Source: Antedon mediterranea
Lineage: Eukaryota; Animalia; Echinodermata
Reading direction: 5' to 3'
Length of the DNA: 64,000 nucleotides
Assembly (NCBI RefSeq): GCF_964355755.1
Contig: NC_092670.1
Coordinates: 13,626,795 to 13,690,794 of the forward strand
Each line of letters begins with the position of its first letter. Within the stretch, counting starts at the first letter, position 1. The position numbers and the translations under genes were made by a program. Shown here one piece after another: positions 14,470-29,217 of the stretch. The notes under the pieces are model-generated. The model was not told the origin of the DNA and ran no database searches. It saw only the letters and a program-made list of their open reading frames with translations.

Positions 14470-15027
14470 ATGCGCAGATGTATGCAGTATCTGATTCGGT
14501 AACTGTAAGCGATGCTCTATTCCGATTTAGGTCATGTAATTCAAATAAAAATGGTTGATTATACTAACCTAGTATTTAATGAAACTGATACTGAAACGGA
14601 TATTGTAGGCCTAAAGCATTTCCTTAAAACACCATGGTATCGTTATGCCCGCGTCTTTATGATATAACCAATCATGCTACGCCTTTTAGAATGCAAGTTG
14701 CCAAACATTGTTGGATATCACTGCCAACATCTAACAACCTATACGAAGTAATAATATTTCTAACCGGTCACCTTTAAAGCCTAATGTGTTATTGTAAGAA
14801 TCTACAATTGCCCTTAGTGGTGTATGTCAATGTTCATTAAAGCTTATACAAAACACACCTGTGGCTGAATTCATCACATGTCTTTTGATACAGAATCGAT
14901 CATGACGTTATTTCTAAAAAGTCTATATCCAGGGTTTCATCAAATGCAAAGATATACCCGACTGCGATCGAATCTTCTTGTGACGTTTTGATGTATGCTG
15001 TTGTACATATTGAAAGATGTTACATAT

Positions 15028-15262
15028 TGACTGATTAAAACTGACTAACTGATCACGTACTGATCGATAACTGATAACAAATAATGATTGACTGACTAAT
15101 TGACTAGCTGATTAACTAAATAAACAACTAAACAACCTGACTGACTTACTAATGACTGAATGATATGACTAACTAGTGAGCGACTGAATGAACTGTGAAC
15201 AAGTTACTGAATGATTAGTTTATTAACTGACTGGCTGATTAACTGACTGTCTAACTGATTAC
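15028..15262. repeat. Degenerate (ACTG/ACTA)n microsatellite
   Basis: Runs of tgac/taac tetramers. Confidence 0.8.
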
Positions 15263-15771
15263 CTCAGAGATAATTAATGTATAGATTTAACAACAACATG
15301 TGATATGAACACATACGTGAACGACCAAGTGAAAGAATAAAAATCTCGACAAAAAGTCAAATAGGTGATGCGGTCAATGTTATACATTCTAGATATAAAA
15401 AGGCATTTGAATCAAAGAAAATGTATTGTATGTCTTTAGTGATTTGGATTTAATAAAACCTATTAGAATAGAAACAATGAGAATTCTATTGGGGTGGGGG
15501 TAAAATATGAAAAAAAGGCCTAATCAACAATTCTAATGCTCTTTACATAGTAATTTATCTTTGCTGCATATAAGATCACGTGACTTCTAAGCCTACCGCA
15601 TTAGCAGTGAACCCCACTCGTTGAGTTATAAAGTTTAACTACTCAAACAAGAGCAAATTGTTTGTTTGTTTGTTTCTTTATTTCCATTCACAACAAAATA
15701 AAACCATTAACATACATAAATATTCATTACAAAAATGAAAGAATGGAAAGGGGGAATCTCTGAAGCACAGC

Positions 15772-16869
15772 TTATAAGTAGAAACCCCCTGTTACAAAAC
15801 AGTTTATAAATAGTAATATGAAACAAAGGCACAATTTAATCTTTTGGGGAGGGAAATATTTATTGAATAGGTATATAAAATTACCATTAAAAACATCGTA
15901 AGCATTATTTGGATCTTCTTCATTAAATACACTGTTCCAATCAGTGCAACGCAAATCATTTTTTAAAGCATTCATTTTAACCTCAGTAAAATATCTTTTA
16001 GTAATATATTCATGTGCAATACTTGGCGTAACATTATAATTAATTGTTGTAAAAATTGGTAAATGATCTGTGATATCGTTAATCAAGATACCACTTTTTA
16101 TAACAGAATGAACATCAGAAGTGAAACAATTATCTATTAAGGTTGCTGTTGTTTCTGTTATTCTTGTTGGTTTGGTAATTAGAGGAAAAAGTCCTAAACT
16201 AAAACTATTATCAATAAAACATTTAGTGTCCCAATTACTCTCATGTTTAAGTAGATCTATATTCCAGTCACCACATATAAATAACCGCTTATCATTCATG
16301 GACTTGACCAAATCTGAAAATGTGTCGGTAAATATTTTTATATCTGTACCAGGTGCACGATATATACATGATATGTAAATTGGATTAGAATTATTAATAT
16401 AGACAATAGCAGAAATATATTCACAGCAGTCGGGTATCACGGATGACATATTATCAACAACATTATGTTTAAGACTTTCTCTTATAAAAAGAGCAACACC
16501 CCCTCCATACTTTTCTTGTCTTGAAATACTATAAAATACATAGCCATTAATGTGAAAAGTAATCGGATTATCAGGTCGTATCCACGTTTCTGTAATTGCA
16601 ATTACGTCAGGTGATGCTCCCAACTCTGATAAATAATTTTTGATTTTGTCAAAATTTGCACCCATACTACGACTATTAAAATGAATAATAGTAAACTTAT
16701 TTTTAATATTACATTCTCTACTAAATTGTTCATCTGTGTAGTAATTGCACTCCCAATTCATATTATTTAGAATGTTATTATCAGGATCTCTATCTCCGTC
16801 AAGATTGCTAGGATTAAACACAGATGATGAAAGGGAGCCTAAATTAAGGTCAATTAAAGATTCTTCCAT
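15772..16869 (-). CDS. LINE ORF2 N-terminus: apurinic-like endonuclease, truncated before RT
   Basis: APE motifs IHFNSRS, IAITETW, GGGVALFI, CIYRAP, CGDWN, PTR, LIDNCF, TDHLPIF, then DWNSV...FPPQKIK followed by non-homologous sequence. Confidence 0.9.
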   Translation of the reverse strand: MEESLIDLNLGSLSSSVFNPSNLDGDRDPDNNILNNMNWECNYYTDEQFSRECNIKNKFTIIHFNSRSMGANFDKIKNYLSELGASPDVIAITETWIRPDNPITFHINGYVFYSISRQEKYGGGVALFIRESLKHNVVDNMSSVIPDCCEYISAIVYINNSNPIYISCIYRAPGTDIKIFTDTFSDLVKSMNDKRLFICGDWNIDLLKHESNWDTKCFIDNSFSLGLFPLITKPTRITETTATLIDNCFTSDVHSVIKSGILINDITDHLPIFTTINYNVTPSIAHEYITKRYFTEVKMNALKNDLRCTDWNSVFNEEDPNNAYDVFNGNFIYLFNKYFPPQKIKLCLCFILLFINCFVTGGFYL

Positions 16870-17049
16870 AAGTAAGGTTTATATTGGTTGTCTTAATTGC
16901 AATATGATTAAAGAAGATTCACTAATCTCCTTCTGTTTCTTTTGATCTTCCTTGAGTTGAGTTCTTCCAACTGAGAACTGAGGTCCAGTGACTGCTTGCT
17001 CTCTTCCAGTTCTTTCTTGGTTAACATATTTGGTACTTGTGTAATAGTT

Positions 17050-17735
17050 TCAACCATTAATGTCAACAGTATTCTTAATATGCACAATTTTTCCATCAAT
17101 ACGTTTAATAAAAATTTTACCATTCCTGGTCCATGTGGCTTCTACTTTCTTTTGTTTTTTGAAATCTCTGGTACGCTTGAATAACTCCGCATTTGCTCTA
17201 GTCAAATGATCATTTATGTAAATATTCTCTCCTTTCAGTTTTACCTTAGCTTCATCACTTCCTGTTTCTTTCTTCGCGAACAAAATCTAACAATAGTTAA
17301 TTTCGACTTACTTTTAGTTGGTAAAATATGTACAGCTTCCAAATCACAAGTGTTAACATCAACATTCATTTTCTCTTTAAATAACTTTAACACAGCTTCT
17401 TCGATAGACCCACGTTCTTTATCTGCGGTCTCCTCCACCGACGAAACACCAAGGTCAGCCGATGCAGCTGATGCGTATGAGGAATGCACATATTTTAGCC
17501 CCGTAATTAGAACATTATTGTTTCTGCTGTATTGTTCTAATTCGTTCACTCTATTTTCCAGTAATGAAATTTGCTTACTTTTTTTTCCATTGTCGGCCTC
17601 CAATACTTCAATCCGTTTAATGAAAGATTCACTAATCTCCTTCTGTTCCTTTTGGCCTTCTTTGAGTTCCTCCAGCTGCGATGTTATAAAGTCAAGCGAC
17701 TGCTTGATCTCTTCTAGTTCTTTCTTCGTTACCAT
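17050..17735 (-). pseudogene. LINE ORF1 (coiled coil, L1-type RRM-like region, C-terminal domain), one frameshift near 17250
   Basis: ELEQYSRNNNVLITGL and IVRFCSR in one frame; IYINDHLT...WTRNGKIF in the adjacent frame. Confidence 0.85.
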
Positions 17736-20127
17736 GATTGTTTGGGCCTAGCGCGTGTTAATCACGGAGCCGCTAAAAAAACACGTCTACCCACGCCGCA
17801 TAGCGCCCTCAAAATATATATTAAGTAAAACAAATTAATGTAAGTAAGAAATATATATGACCTTAAGAATTGCGATAACTCATTAGGGGTGCTCATTGTA
17901 AGGCAGAAAAAACAATTATAATTCTGTATAGACTGCTTGCATTTAAACGATAAATAGGAATGATTTATGTGATGTAAAAGGAGAGATATTGCAATATACA
18001 TTAAATGTTACTGTTTGTACTTAACGTTTCTGATAATCGTAAGAACCGTCATGGGAATTAAATCAAAAACAAGCGTCAATAATTGACGATCAGTAGAACA
18101 GTTATACTATAAGATGAATTACTTTAAAGTGTTGTAAATATAAGTTGTAAAAATAATAATAAATAAGCATTATTCAAACCTCAACAAAACTGTTTATTTT
18201 ATATGACATTATATAATTTTTCACTATGCATTCACATAGGCCTACATATGAATTTAGCTTTAGGACTGAATATAACTATACAGGTATACAATAATTAGAA
18301 TACCACTTTGTTATAACAAATTACCACATTAAATTAATCAACGTATGCCTATGCTGAAGTTACAACTTCAGATCTATTCAAAATGTATATTAAAATGTCT
18401 ATAGTAAATATTTTCCTTAATTTATTTTAGACTTATCAAAAGAGCCACAGTGTGAGTTAACACCGGTGGATTTAAGACACTATTATTTTGTCATTCTTTG
18501 AAGAACATTTCTTAAAACAGTGAAAACCATGCGTTTTAAAATGATGAACTATAAGATACTCAATGAAACAATAATTCAACAGCAGTGGATAGAAAATGTT
18601 AACAAGTTAAGTAATCTTGAGTTCGTTTGAAGTAGCAGAGCCAAAGCAATCATTCTTTCTATGTCTTCACTTGCAGCGCTGCTCATACATCATCAGCGCC
18701 ACGACGAAAAAGAAAATGAATCGCGCAGCCTAACTCAACATGACATGAAGTAATTTCAGTTACCTAAGATACTATTTCTATTTCAATTATTAAGTTAAAA
18801 GAAATCATTCCATAAAATTAGATTAGTGCATGCTACAAAGTAATCTGAAATCTTATCAAGTAATTTGAAATCTATAAGCTGATAGATTTACATCGGATTA
18901 TAATATTGAAACAATAAGAAAGACATTAATAAAAGTCAGCTTAACAGTTATTATAATAGATAGACCTACATATATATTCTACAAACATGCACAGTTTAAG
19001 ATAAAATTCCAAGTGGTGTATATAATGCATAACAAACTCGTTACACGTTTAACCAATTTGTTTTTCAATTCATTTTAAATAATTCTGAATATTATTTCAA
19101 ACGTCAGTAGTTCCAATGTTTTAATTACATAGCAACATTTAGCAACTACTTTTCTTAGAAACCTCAATTTAACATTTATCCTGAACAGCAAATCATACAA
19201 TGATAAAACAACAAAGCCATTACATTGTGGCCAATTTCACAAGGTAAACAAAACGGTATTTGAGAAAATATAGGAGGAGAACTGCAAAAATACATGAACG
19301 TTAAATGGTACAACCTGTTAATATAACAGATAAGAGACACATCAATTTAAATAGAAAAAAGTTCTTCCTAAAGTAACTATTAATCATTTAATTTTGTTTA
19401 ATTACAATTAAATTGATTGATCAGACTATAATTTGTATTGTTTGTTCATTATGTGAGTAATTCGTGTTTGTTATTTCGGAGCATAAGTACTTATACTCTG
19501 ACGTCACTGTAGCTCAATCTAATTGGTCAGGAGTTGATACAATATACCGATAGGTGGCGTCCTTCATAGGCGAAAATGTAGTTCTTTCATCTGTAATGAT
19601 TTTAAAATTAATTTAGATCTAATAGGCTGTATTTAATTTCACAACGTAGTGGGTAAGTATTGACTGGAAAGGTTTAGTAAAACGTCACGAAAGAACTAAA
19701 TCAATGGCAATGACGGATGTAACTTCGTCCGTTTGCAGTTGGTTACTATAATAATACAGCGTTTGGACACACAATAGACAAACCAATTACATATATATTA
19801 TGTTAGATAATCAAGGTCACTTTTTAATTATGTAAGTGACTCTTCTAAGCAATTACATAGTTGAACAAACATGTACACATAATGTTCACAAATCTATGTT
19901 TAAATAAATTCAAATTTGGCTGATTTTAGACAAGAAACCATAAGGAATGAGATGTTTGTTTTTAGTAACAATTAAATCATTGGTAACATTCAAATACGTT
20001 TGGCATACACAAATAGGCCTAATTCATATAACACACACTAATCCGATAATAGAAATATAATAATAAAATGCAAAACAACAATTTTAAAGAAAAGTCTCAA
20101 CTTATGAAGAAAAAAGTCAAGCTAGTT

Positions 20128-20485
20128 GGTTTCTAGTGACGGGTATTTTTTGTATTGTTGTTGAAAATGTATTCGATACCAACTGGTCTAAAAGCCGAAC
20201 ACAAAGTTACTCGGCTTAGAATGTAAAATTTGAAATATATAAAACAAAATGTGCCTCTGCTCAAAGTTGTTTTCTAGTAATCGTGTTGTTGAATACAATA
20301 CGATACAATAACTAGGAACTATCTGAAAGCCAAGCATAATGTAACTTGACTTAGAATGTACAATTTTAAATGTGCTTCTGCTCAAAGTTGTTTTCTAGTA
20401 ATCTTTTTTGTTGTCGAATATCCGATACAATAACTAGGAACTATCTGAAAGACAAACATAATGCAACTCGGCTTAGAATGTTGAA
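20128..20485. repeat. Tandem repeat, ~120 bp x 3
   Basis: Repeated gctcaaagttgttttctagtaatc...gatacaataactaggaactatctgaaag...cttagaatgt; the first unit is more diverged. Confidence 0.85.
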
Positions 20486-21165
20486 TGTTTATAAAGGTTA
20501 ATGAAATCATCAACGTGAGTCCGCGTCGACATGAAGCTTCTGCAGGAAGTAATATCATCCTAATAGCAGGGCCTTTGCATCTAAATCGGTTCATATTTTA
20601 ACCGATAAGTGCATTAAGAATCACCAAAACGTGAAGAGCACTTTGCTAGTACAGAGCGAGCTAACTCAGACTTAACTAAATGATAAAACAATCGAAGTTA
20701 GAAATATCACGTGTCACAGCACGCTTGTGATGAATATCTCAAGTCTAGAGAATAAGCTATAAGAATTTAAATTTTCCAGCTAATGTGTTTTAAGAAATAA
20801 ATTCAGGTGATATGAAACACAAACAATTGAATACGGCGACTATTCGTCTCATTGGCTTCAAGCAATAATTTATGAAAGATAAAAATAGAATGTATTCGTG
20901 ACCCTGAAAAGGTAATATACCGTAGAGGGTATTGCACCGAAGGGTAGCGCGAAGTAGCACATTCGGCTGAACTAGTGACAGTCATGTGTCGCGTACGCGA
21001 TAGCTTAAGATTTGTTAGGCCCTAGTTAAAATTCAACCATCTCTTTTTATTTCAAGGCTAGTCTGTAGCGCATGACAATATAGTCGGGATTGTTCCCTGG
21101 TGGCATTTTAGTATTGCAATAATTTTATAATTTTGTTTGTTGAAATTGAAATATTCATAATAGAG

Positions 21166-21914
<749 letters not shown>

Positions 21915-22547
21915 ATTAAGTAAAACTACTTTCTTATTATATTATAATAGTGTTATACTCATAGAGCAAAAGCAGCAAAATGTCGATACATTTTACTCAT
22001 AAACTTTGAATAATGCATGATGCATGCATGATAAATGTCTTTGTGTTTTGCTGTCTATCATTAAAAGTAGTGGTTTATATTAATATCCCCTCTCTTGGAT
22101 GATTGACACTAATAAGAGACACAAGCAGCTGGACCGATGATTCTAGCAAATGACCTACCGTTCAAACTACCACGTGACTCAAAATAGCCACGAGCAACTT
22201 GTATATGTTTAAGTATAGTTTTGATTGATTAAGATTACAGAAACTAAGTCTCGATATTGCTGTTTTTGTATGCAATGTTGTCACCCTGATTGATTCAGTT
22301 TCTGCCAGTCAAAAGAAGAGTGATGTGTTACCACCTTATGTGAACACCTCGCGACAAACATATCAATCAGTCACTGTTGAAATATGACAGTCAATACTTG
22401 AAATTATACTCAGGTGCAACATAAAGAAGCAGTGAATACTAAACGTAACCTAACGATGCCTCACTTGCACACAATTTATACACTACAAAATGCAATTAAA
22501 ACTCAGCAATTAAGATATAAACATTATGTTGCACTTTTAAATTATAA

Positions 22548-23180
22548 GCGATGGTCACAGAAATGGCGCCATCTTTTGCAAATTTATTTATGGTACAATT
22601 TGAGGCCAATTTTCAGTCCCTCAAACCAAATAAACCACTTGTTTGGTTTAGATACATTGACGACATCTTCATGATCTTGACCCATGGTGAAGATAATTTG
22701 GAATCTTTTTTTCTCAATATTAATGCAGCCCACCCAACTATCAAATTTACAGCTACCAAATCCACTAGTAGCGTTGATATTTTGCACACTATAGTGACCA
22801 TAGAAAATGGTACACTCAAAACTGACCTATTCCGTAAACCCACGGATAAAAATATGTACCTGCTCCCTAGCAGTTGTCACCCCCGATACTGTACTAAAAA
22901 CATACCGTACATTATGTATCAGACGTATCTGCTCTTCAGATTTAGATTTAGAAGAACTAACCGGACATCTCCGGAATAGAAATTACAAGAAGGAATACAT
23001 CGAAACTGCTATAAAGAAAGCAAAAGATATTCCTCGATGTCAAACAGTGACGTACAAACCACGTCAGCCAAAAAAATCGACCAGAGTGCCATTGGTCACA
23101 ACCTACGACCCTAGGTTGCCTCCATTACGGGCTATTATTGAGAAAGATATGCCCATTCTACAGTCCACAGAACGTGTACA
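22548..23180 (+). mobile_element. Penelope-like element RT fragment (Neptune/Poseidon type), frameshifted
   Basis: MAPSFANLFM, WFRYIDDIF, HPTIKFT, TDLFRKPTD, YLLPSSCHP..IPY, then RRICS...RNRNY...PLVTTYDP in the next frame. No GIY-YIG domain visible. Confidence 0.9.
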
Positions 23181-23426
23181 ATGACAAACTTCTCTTTGTA
23201 CAAAGCAACTTCAAGTAAACATGTACCAATATCATATTCAATGAGAAACTACGGTCTGTACAACAAAACAACTAGAAGGCCACAACATTTACCTAATTTA
23301 AATAAACATAGTCACTTAAGTGAAATCATAAACATTCATATTGACTTATGTTATATTAGTCAGTATTATGTTTAAGTATTTTATTTATTAATTGTACTAT
23401 TTATATTTAGTTATCTTATCAAAACC

Positions 23427-25062
23427 TGTAAAAACAACAGATAATGTTATTCTCTTTAAGCAACTAAAAAAAAAACTTCAATCAATAAATTATTGAACAA
23501 AAGTATTTGATTGACAGTCTGTAAGCTTTCTTTAAAAATAGTAACATCTTTAACAAGGAGTTCCGGAAATTACTAAAGTCAGATCAAGGAAATGAAATAA
23601 ACACTAATTGTTCAGAGAAAAAAAAATGAAAACTGATGCGTTCGAAAAATAATGAATGACAAAGGGAATTATTATTTTTGTTCATAATTAATTGCTAATA
23701 CATATTAATTACGTAATCGATACAACTATTAGAATAATTGTTTTTAATATTAGTAATAATTACAAGTATTTTATGGCCAAACTGAAAGGTGATATTTAAA
23801 TTTAGATTATTTCTCGTAGAATTTTATTTCAACTAAAGTTTGATCATTTCCAAACAATTAACAAAATAGAATTTGATTTCAAAACAGTAAATTCTCATAA
23901 TATTTTCTATGTTTCTGTTCGGATTTCTTGTACTTTTAACATTTTTAGTGCATTACGGAGGAAGAAATATAAAATAAATTTATCTTTAATTATGCATTTA
24001 TATCGCTAAAGGTCAATAAAATGTGGAAACAACAGTTTTTTTTACTGCAGATGTTCATACATTGAATCCTAAATTTTAATGCCTACGTACAAATCTAAAA
24101 ACGACCTTAAATTTTGTTTCAAAATCTTCAATTCAATGAATGGTAATGTTGATGTATGATATTATTTCCGTGTATTTGAGCTGTCATTTCCTCAGTATTT
24201 CCTTACGTCAGTTGCATCCTCAGGTACATAATCGATATAAATTGGCCTCCTCAGGTTAAGAAAAGTTTTCTATAGAAAATGAACAATTAGAAAAACAACC
24301 TGAAGCAATTGACAATCTATTCGCGTCACACGTTGAAGCATCCATCATGTCTTTTTTGGAAACGCAAACACCTAATCCATATCTCTGAAATGTGCGAGCC
24401 AAAAGTATAGTTTGCATCGCTTCACTGACTGGTTTGTTAATGAATAATTGCATCATCATACTATTCAATGGACATAATGGATTATATATAATATTTATAC
24501 TTATATATCGGACTTTAAAGTGGAAAGGTATAAAATGTCTAGCAATTACTATACAACATGCAACATAATTTGGCTATCATTCGAACCGAAGTAGAAGGTT
24601 GAAGATGAAAAGAGAATAACTTGAAATTAGAAGAAATTGTAGGTAAAAGATGTTGCAGAAGAAATAGTTGAAGAAGGTGAATAAGTAGACTTCGAACAAG
24701 AACGAATTAAGCATGAAGGAGGTGACGAAGAAAAAGAAAATGAAAGAAACATCTCTAAATGTAATAAACAACACGTTTTGTTGTTAATGCTATTAAACGA
24801 GTTGGTGATGTGAGTATCAGCATTGTATTTATATATAGTTATCTATTAGATGTATTCGATTCTCCTAAACATGTAAAACCAACAGATAATGTTATTCTCT
24901 TTAAGCAACTAAACAAAAACGACAATCAATAAATTAATAAGAAGGGAGGTGTGGAAATAAGGATAATGAAAGAAAAATGAAGAATACAAGAAATATCTCT
25001 AAATGCAATAAACACCACGTGTTGTTGTTAATGGTATTAAACGAGTTGGTGTGTGTATTATC
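23427..25062 (+). repeat. Two interleaved local direct duplications
   Basis: A ~65-bp block (tgtaaaa.caacagataatgttattctctttaagcaact) at ~23427 and ~24872, and a ~85-bp block (atctctaaatg.aataaaca...attaaacgagttggtg) at ~24735 and ~24970. Confidence 0.75.
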
Positions 25063-26254
25063 TGTTTGAATATTATTGAGAAAGTTATACTGTATACTTT
25101 GTGTAATTTCAAATTATATCTAAGTACAAAGTTGAATTGAGTCAATTCTCCCACATACTTTAACCAAAAATATAGAAGAAAATAGGAGACAACACTCAAG
25201 TAAACAGTAAAATTAATCGACAATGTTAGTAATATACGGTAATTACAAAATACAAAAAAATACAAAATACAAAAAAAAAATAATTATTTTAGCCTACATT
25301 GAGTTATACGAAATCATCACAACAGTAATATGACATACAGTTTGTGTACATACAAAAAAACAAACAAACAAATCAACTGATTTTAATTGTACATCAATGA
25401 ATGGTTATAGTAATTACATAGCAATAACCAATGGCCACCTTTTGCCAGGTCAGTCATTACATTATAGCAACTGCCAATTCTGATTAAATCAAACTACTGG
25501 CTAGTTTGTTTCAGATCAGTTTTGATTTTATAAACAGGCGACTATTTTCTATAGTTAAGAATAGAATGATAGATATCCAATAGGTTGACAACCTAGAAGG
25601 CTAATATTCTAACAAAAGCTATACAGTACAAAATGTGAATGTAACTTATCTGGGGGGAATAACCTGTGTCTTTCAGCGCAACCTGGCGCAATTGTGTTAA
25701 GTTGATTACAGTTAAAGTTACTTTACCCATATGTAGTATAAAGTGTCACATCAAATGGATAAAAAATATAAATGAACAGTATAAAAATTAAAACCAAAAA
25801 AATTACAATTAGCTTATTATATTAATGTTTGATAATTACAGCCTAAACATTAATTTGATTTTTGCTGGTATAGATAAAATAACAAAGGAAAAAACAAAAT
25901 TAAAATGTCATAATTTGTCAATATAGATGAATGCATCGGATATTCACTTAAAAGATAACGTGAATAATTATTTACAGATTATGCGATAATATTAATTGCT
26001 ACCTGGAGACAACTTTATGCATGCATAGCGATGTTAGTTGTTTATACTAAAACATTTTTAAATTATGAGAAAAACATTGTCATCATACAGTATCATTTGA
26101 TTCTTATCTCTTAGTATTTAAAATACATTAAATCATTATAAAACAATATAAATCAAAACATTTAATCTATGTATTCTATGTTATATTCCCAAATGGAAAC
26201 AGAATAGACCAACAGGTCGTTCTAAAATAAGGAACGACGACAGTTCGGATTGAT

Positions 26255-26323
26255 CCATTGATTGGTCAAAGCATTTACATTGCGCTTACGTCATTGTGTT
26301 GTGTCTCTAGTGGGAACCAAGCT
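26255..26323. mobile_element. MITE family A, right half only
   Basis: gattggtcaa...tctctagtgggaaccaagctt|ta. Confidence 0.7.
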
Positions 26324-29032
26324 TTATTCCGAATATTGATAGAAGCGTAATTCATCAGAATATATGTAAGGTTATTAGAATATATAAAATATTTTTAAGA
26401 TTATTTGAAACGATATAATTTATTGTAATCAATTTTGACGTCTGAATTGAAAATTACATTTTAAATTAATCCATAAATTGCACTACGGTGGCTGAGCTAT
26501 GTTTTGCCAAGGAAAACCATCCAATGGTCAACCGATTTGTTTCACGTTTCTAAAAGTTTTCTCAGTCAAATTTTATACTAATTTGTGTTTCAGGACGCTG
26601 CTTTTTTAACTAGGTCCTAACCATTAAAATATGTCAACATTAACAGAAAACAATGATATTTAATAAAAAACTGTATTATTCTAACTTTTATGTAGAGCGC
26701 ATGCGCACGTTTTGTGTTTTCTATTTAGTTAAAAATTAAACTACAGTATTGTATGCGCACATGAATTTAAATTAATATAATATAATATTATAATCCTGTG
26801 TTAAACGGTCGAATTGTTAAACATAATAACTACTTTTAATTAAAATTGGGTTTTTTTTCTACCATGTAAATTATTATAATATTTATTATTTTTATTGATA
26901 AGCCTGAAACACAAAATAATGTACAAAATTAATGATAATGGACTGACTTTTATTTATCATTTTGTTCACAGATATAAATTATCTCTCTGTTTATTTGTTT
27001 TAAGTTTGTTTTATACATCGATCTATGTCTCTCTATCTTGGATTACGATTTCATTTTAAAGCGATAACGTGTTATAAAGTTCAATTTCAATATAGATCAA
27101 GCTGTCGCAAGAGTGTGATGATGAATAAGTGTAATTTATAATTACGTATTTCTTTTGAATATTGATCGAAGTTAATGTAATAATTATTTCAGATAAACAG
27201 ACATGACAAATATACGTCGAAGATATTCAATTCTATTTAAACTCAAAGAAGTATTACAAAAACAATAAACAGTTATAATTACAAAAGTACTGTAAGTACG
27301 TAGAAGATATTATTATCTTATTACGTACTTATAATATCTACGCTATAAACTCCCGAAAGACATCGACACATTTGATTGGTTGAAAGTTTAAGTGACGCTC
27401 TATAAATATTGAGTCCATGTAGCATTTAAGAAACATTATTTCATTACGATTGTTTTTTTTTTTCAATTTTAAAATCATACCCATCACGAATAAATGAAAA
27501 TTTTCTTAATTTTTAAAATATCAAGTTGATCAACATACATATTGCTTAAGTGTTTTCTTTATGATTACTTTTCATGAATAAATACATGCATAAAATCATA
27601 TCAATCAAATATTTTTATATCTGATTAACATTTTACCATTTCAGACAGCAATTGACTATAGTAATCGCACGACACACACTTGTCTTGCGATCAAAAATAT
27701 AACCTTGTTGAAAAATATTATTTAATATAACAGCTTTTAACATTTCCCGTCGACTTAAAAGCACATGAACGTTATTACAAAATTACAATTAAACGTTAGT
27801 ATTGCATGAGGGTGTTTACTATACCTCTCTCCGCTAATGCCTAACAACTATAAATAATTTTTTTTAATATAGGCAACTGAATTGAATTTAAAACATTATT
27901 TTGTAAATGATACACAAACTCAATCTGTAATGCGTCACTAAAACTTTCAACCAATCAAATTGCTCCATTCTGGGGAGTTATGCTGTTTTAATTAGAGAGA
28001 AAGTTTGAATTACCCATCGACCTTAGCATAACCTTAGCTGTTTATAGTTTGTTTCAAATATTAAAATACCCCGTAGCGTGTTTACATTTGAGTTCAATAC
28101 AGTTCACCTGACGGATAATTACAAAACAAATTATACATTGCTATTAGAAATGCTTTTATTCTCTTGTTCTAGGCTAACACTGTCAAGTCCACTTTTGCTG
28201 TCTGATTTTTCACAATATTCAACAGCATTATATAATTACTAGTCATTCACGAAGAAATGGTAGATGGTTACTGCCGTATCTATATATTAATGGTAGTCCT
28301 AAACACGGGAAATGTACAATCAAATGGCAAAGATTATCGATAAAATTCCCCGTTATAATGTTGTCAAATCGCTTCACCTCATTCGTTTCGTCCTGCTGAC
28401 TGGACACGAAAATGATGAACACATTACAACGACAAAACAACATACACGCTTAGTGCCTGCGGTTTACCATACAGTCTCGCTACACTACATACATTGAACA
28501 CAATTAACTTAAAACAATTTGACAGTTGCATGCTATATAATTTCCGTGAGGTGTTTTACTGAAGACAAGGCAATTATAAACGGCAAAAACGTTCGTTTCG
28601 TCTTGATTTAGTGATGTTTTGACGCACGATTTTCAGTTGATGTGTGGGAATAGTCATATCGGGCAGACTGTTCAATTAACGTTTAAAGGTCAGATCAGCT
28701 TAATTAAAATCAACAATAAGTACAATTTTTTAAAAGTGCGATAATTTGACCTTTGTGATGAATATTTCCTTTCCATGATTTTAATTATGTTTAACCAATT
28801 ATTATACTGTTATGTTGTCAAAAGGACATTGGAATAAAAGAACATGGATGTTGTCTTAACATTGTCATCGAATTGATGTATGAGTGCGTAGGCTGTCATC
28901 ATAAGCATAGAGGGGTCATGGAATGTAGCACTTTCCCAACGTACATCATGTCATTCCGAATGGCTATATACAGTGATTCTTGATATTCACTTAAATTTCG
29001 GTATACTGTGTCTAGATTTATTTTCCAGTATT

Positions 29033-29217
29033 AAGCGTGGTTCCCACTAGCGACGCAACACAAGGACGTATCGCAACGCAAGTGAATTGACCAATCACAA
29101 GCGATGGCTTATTCGCTTCTTGTGATTGCTAACATGTCTGTAACTTCGCTTGTCATTGGTTAAAACGCTTGCGTTGCGTTTACGTCCTTGCGTTACGTTC
29201 TAGTGGGAACCAAGCTT
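29033..29217. mobile_element. MITE family A, full copy
   Basis: Both TIRs present; near-identical in reverse orientation to 63173-63353. Confidence 0.9.

Larger units (their letters stand above)
15658..17812 (-). mobile_element. L2/Crack-group LINE with 5' end, ORF1, AP endonuclease and 3' tail; RT region deleted
   Basis: GC-rich 5' leader (gcggcgtgggtagacgtg...gctcc), ORF1 and APE ORF, then an abrupt switch near 15835 to a 3' UTR with an ataagc motif and an aataaagaaacaaacaaacaaacaa tail. Confidence 0.85.

Noticed and set aside
22100-22350. Hammerhead ribozyme upstream of the Penelope RT
   Set aside because: No intact CUGANGA...GAAA core with supporting helices found by eye.
24256-24468. 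Cys-containing ORF as a host exon
   Set aside because: No convincing splice-site pair or recognisable motif.
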